Assembly: GCA_965235115.1 (NCBI GenBank)
Contig: OZ249437.1
Coordinates: forward strand, 31,310,001-31,374,000
Direction: 5' to 3'
DNA from: Laetmonice hystrix
Lineage: Eukaryota
Length of the DNA stretch: 64,000 bases
How positions within the stretch are numbered: the first letter of the stretch is position 1; each line of letters opens with the position of its first letter. Shown here piece after piece: positions 62,807 through 64,000 of this stretch. Under the pieces are notes generated by a model, which worked only from the letters and a program-made list of their open reading frames with translations, made no database searches and had not been told where the DNA came from. The position numbers and the translations under genes are program-made.

Positions 62807-64000
62807 GGCTTTCTAGCCTGACTTACAGATCTATCATTTTAGCCACAGCACCTTCTGATTGTAGAAGTGAGGCACTCACTTCTATGATATCCATTTATTT
62901 TCACTCTACCGTCTTTCTGCTGCAAACTTCTCACCATACTTCAAATATTCTTTCATTCTCTTGGAACTTAATAATGACCACTTAGTGACAGCTAGTAGCA
63001 ATTTCCAGCCATTCCATTTCTATTATTTTATCCCTGAGGTGTTACTCGCTGGCGAATGTGCCCTGTTCTAAATGAGACATTATCTGAAGTAGCACCTTCA
63101 GTCAAACAGGTGCTTGCACAAGGTGTCGGGTCGTTGGACGGCCGGTTGTTTCCTGTGCCGGAATGTCTTTAAGGAAGGGAGCATTGAGGTGTAGATGAGG
63201 TATAAAAGTCTGGCGCTGGCAGGCCGAGGCAGGTGACAACGCGCGGATTACAGAATGACAAATGGTAATGGAGTTCCATTGCAGGCTACGGCGACCGAAT
63301 TACCAGCTCTTGCTTATCAAATTGGTTGGAAATCTCCAGCAAATTTTCGTTTATTTCATCATTTTTCAGTTCACCTTCAAAGCCCGATGGCGTCATCTCA
63401 CCAGTGGGTTACCAGAGCCTTGATCGCCCTGAGGTGAAAACCTTGGAATAAAGTCGGCTCATGGAAGATTGTGGTCCATTGCAGAAGTTTGCCAACATGT
63501 TCGCTAATTGGACGATGTAACCCAGAGACCTCGGGGGTGGGGGCCTGGGGCAGTATTGGCTGGGACCACCCCAGGCTGGTCATTGCCCGCGGCGGTTCCA
63601 TGGTTCCGCGTCCTCCAGCTGCTGTTGTATGCTGTGGCTGCATAGCCAGAGAGCCATCAATATGTCAGGTTAGGCCGGCTGGTCGGCAGGGCCAGGCATA
63701 ATTACACATGTAATGGTAGCCCCCAGGCTCCACAGGAACCTACCCCCTGGGTGTCCACGTCCATGGGAGCCGAGTGGGAGGTCAGGCGGGGTGTCCTGTA
63801 CGGCAAGGGTGACAACAGACAATCCTCCCCTCTCCAATTAGCACCTGATGAAAGGTCAACGGTGCCTGCCCAATGTCCGGCGGAGGCCAAAGGGAGCGCA
63901 GGGGGCAGGGCTACCTTGGGGGAGGGGTGCTGTCAGAGCCCTGATACTGGCAGGGTCCTCCCATTCATCATCTCAGGCCCTAGCCCAAGCAAGCCAAACC

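Noticed and set aside
59170-64000. First coding exon of cpo and the many short ORFs here
   Set aside because: No exon with a convincing N-terminus and a phase-0 donor was found. The ORFs are short, GC-rich and motif-free, so the start probably lies outside the window.

Overview
This is intron-rich genomic DNA from a non-vertebrate bilaterian animal. The couch-potato-type RRM signature and CTCF-like motifs point that way, and a lophotrochozoan is plausible but unproven. I reconstructed three host genes by hand from splice sites and reading phase. (1) A minus-strand gene of at least 13 exons (9909-15047) encodes two tandem Pol-beta-superfamily nucleotidyltransferase domains resembling the mainly bacterial/phage RlaP (PF10127-like) family. 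The N-terminal copy lacks the catalytic motif and the C-terminal copy retains GSYLYGLSTPESDVD. (2) TFIIE beta (GTF2E2) lies on the plus strand with 7 coding exons (24661-31424). (3) A couch potato/RBPMS-family two-RRM gene lies on the minus strand with at least 8 exons (40240-59169); its start was not located. Between genes 1 and 2 sits an intact, very young 7958-bp BEL/Pao LTR retrotransposon (16262-24219) with 528-bp LTRs differing at one base, an ATTGT target-site duplication, a 2108-aa gag-pol ORF and a non-canonical primer-binding site. The rest consists of non-autonomous DNA transposons (Harbinger-, Kolobok-, Tc1- and Helitron-like), minisatellites of 75, 40, 64 and 21 bp, and non-coding sequence. 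The most novel item is the spliced tandem RlaP-like pseudoenzyme/enzyme gene.
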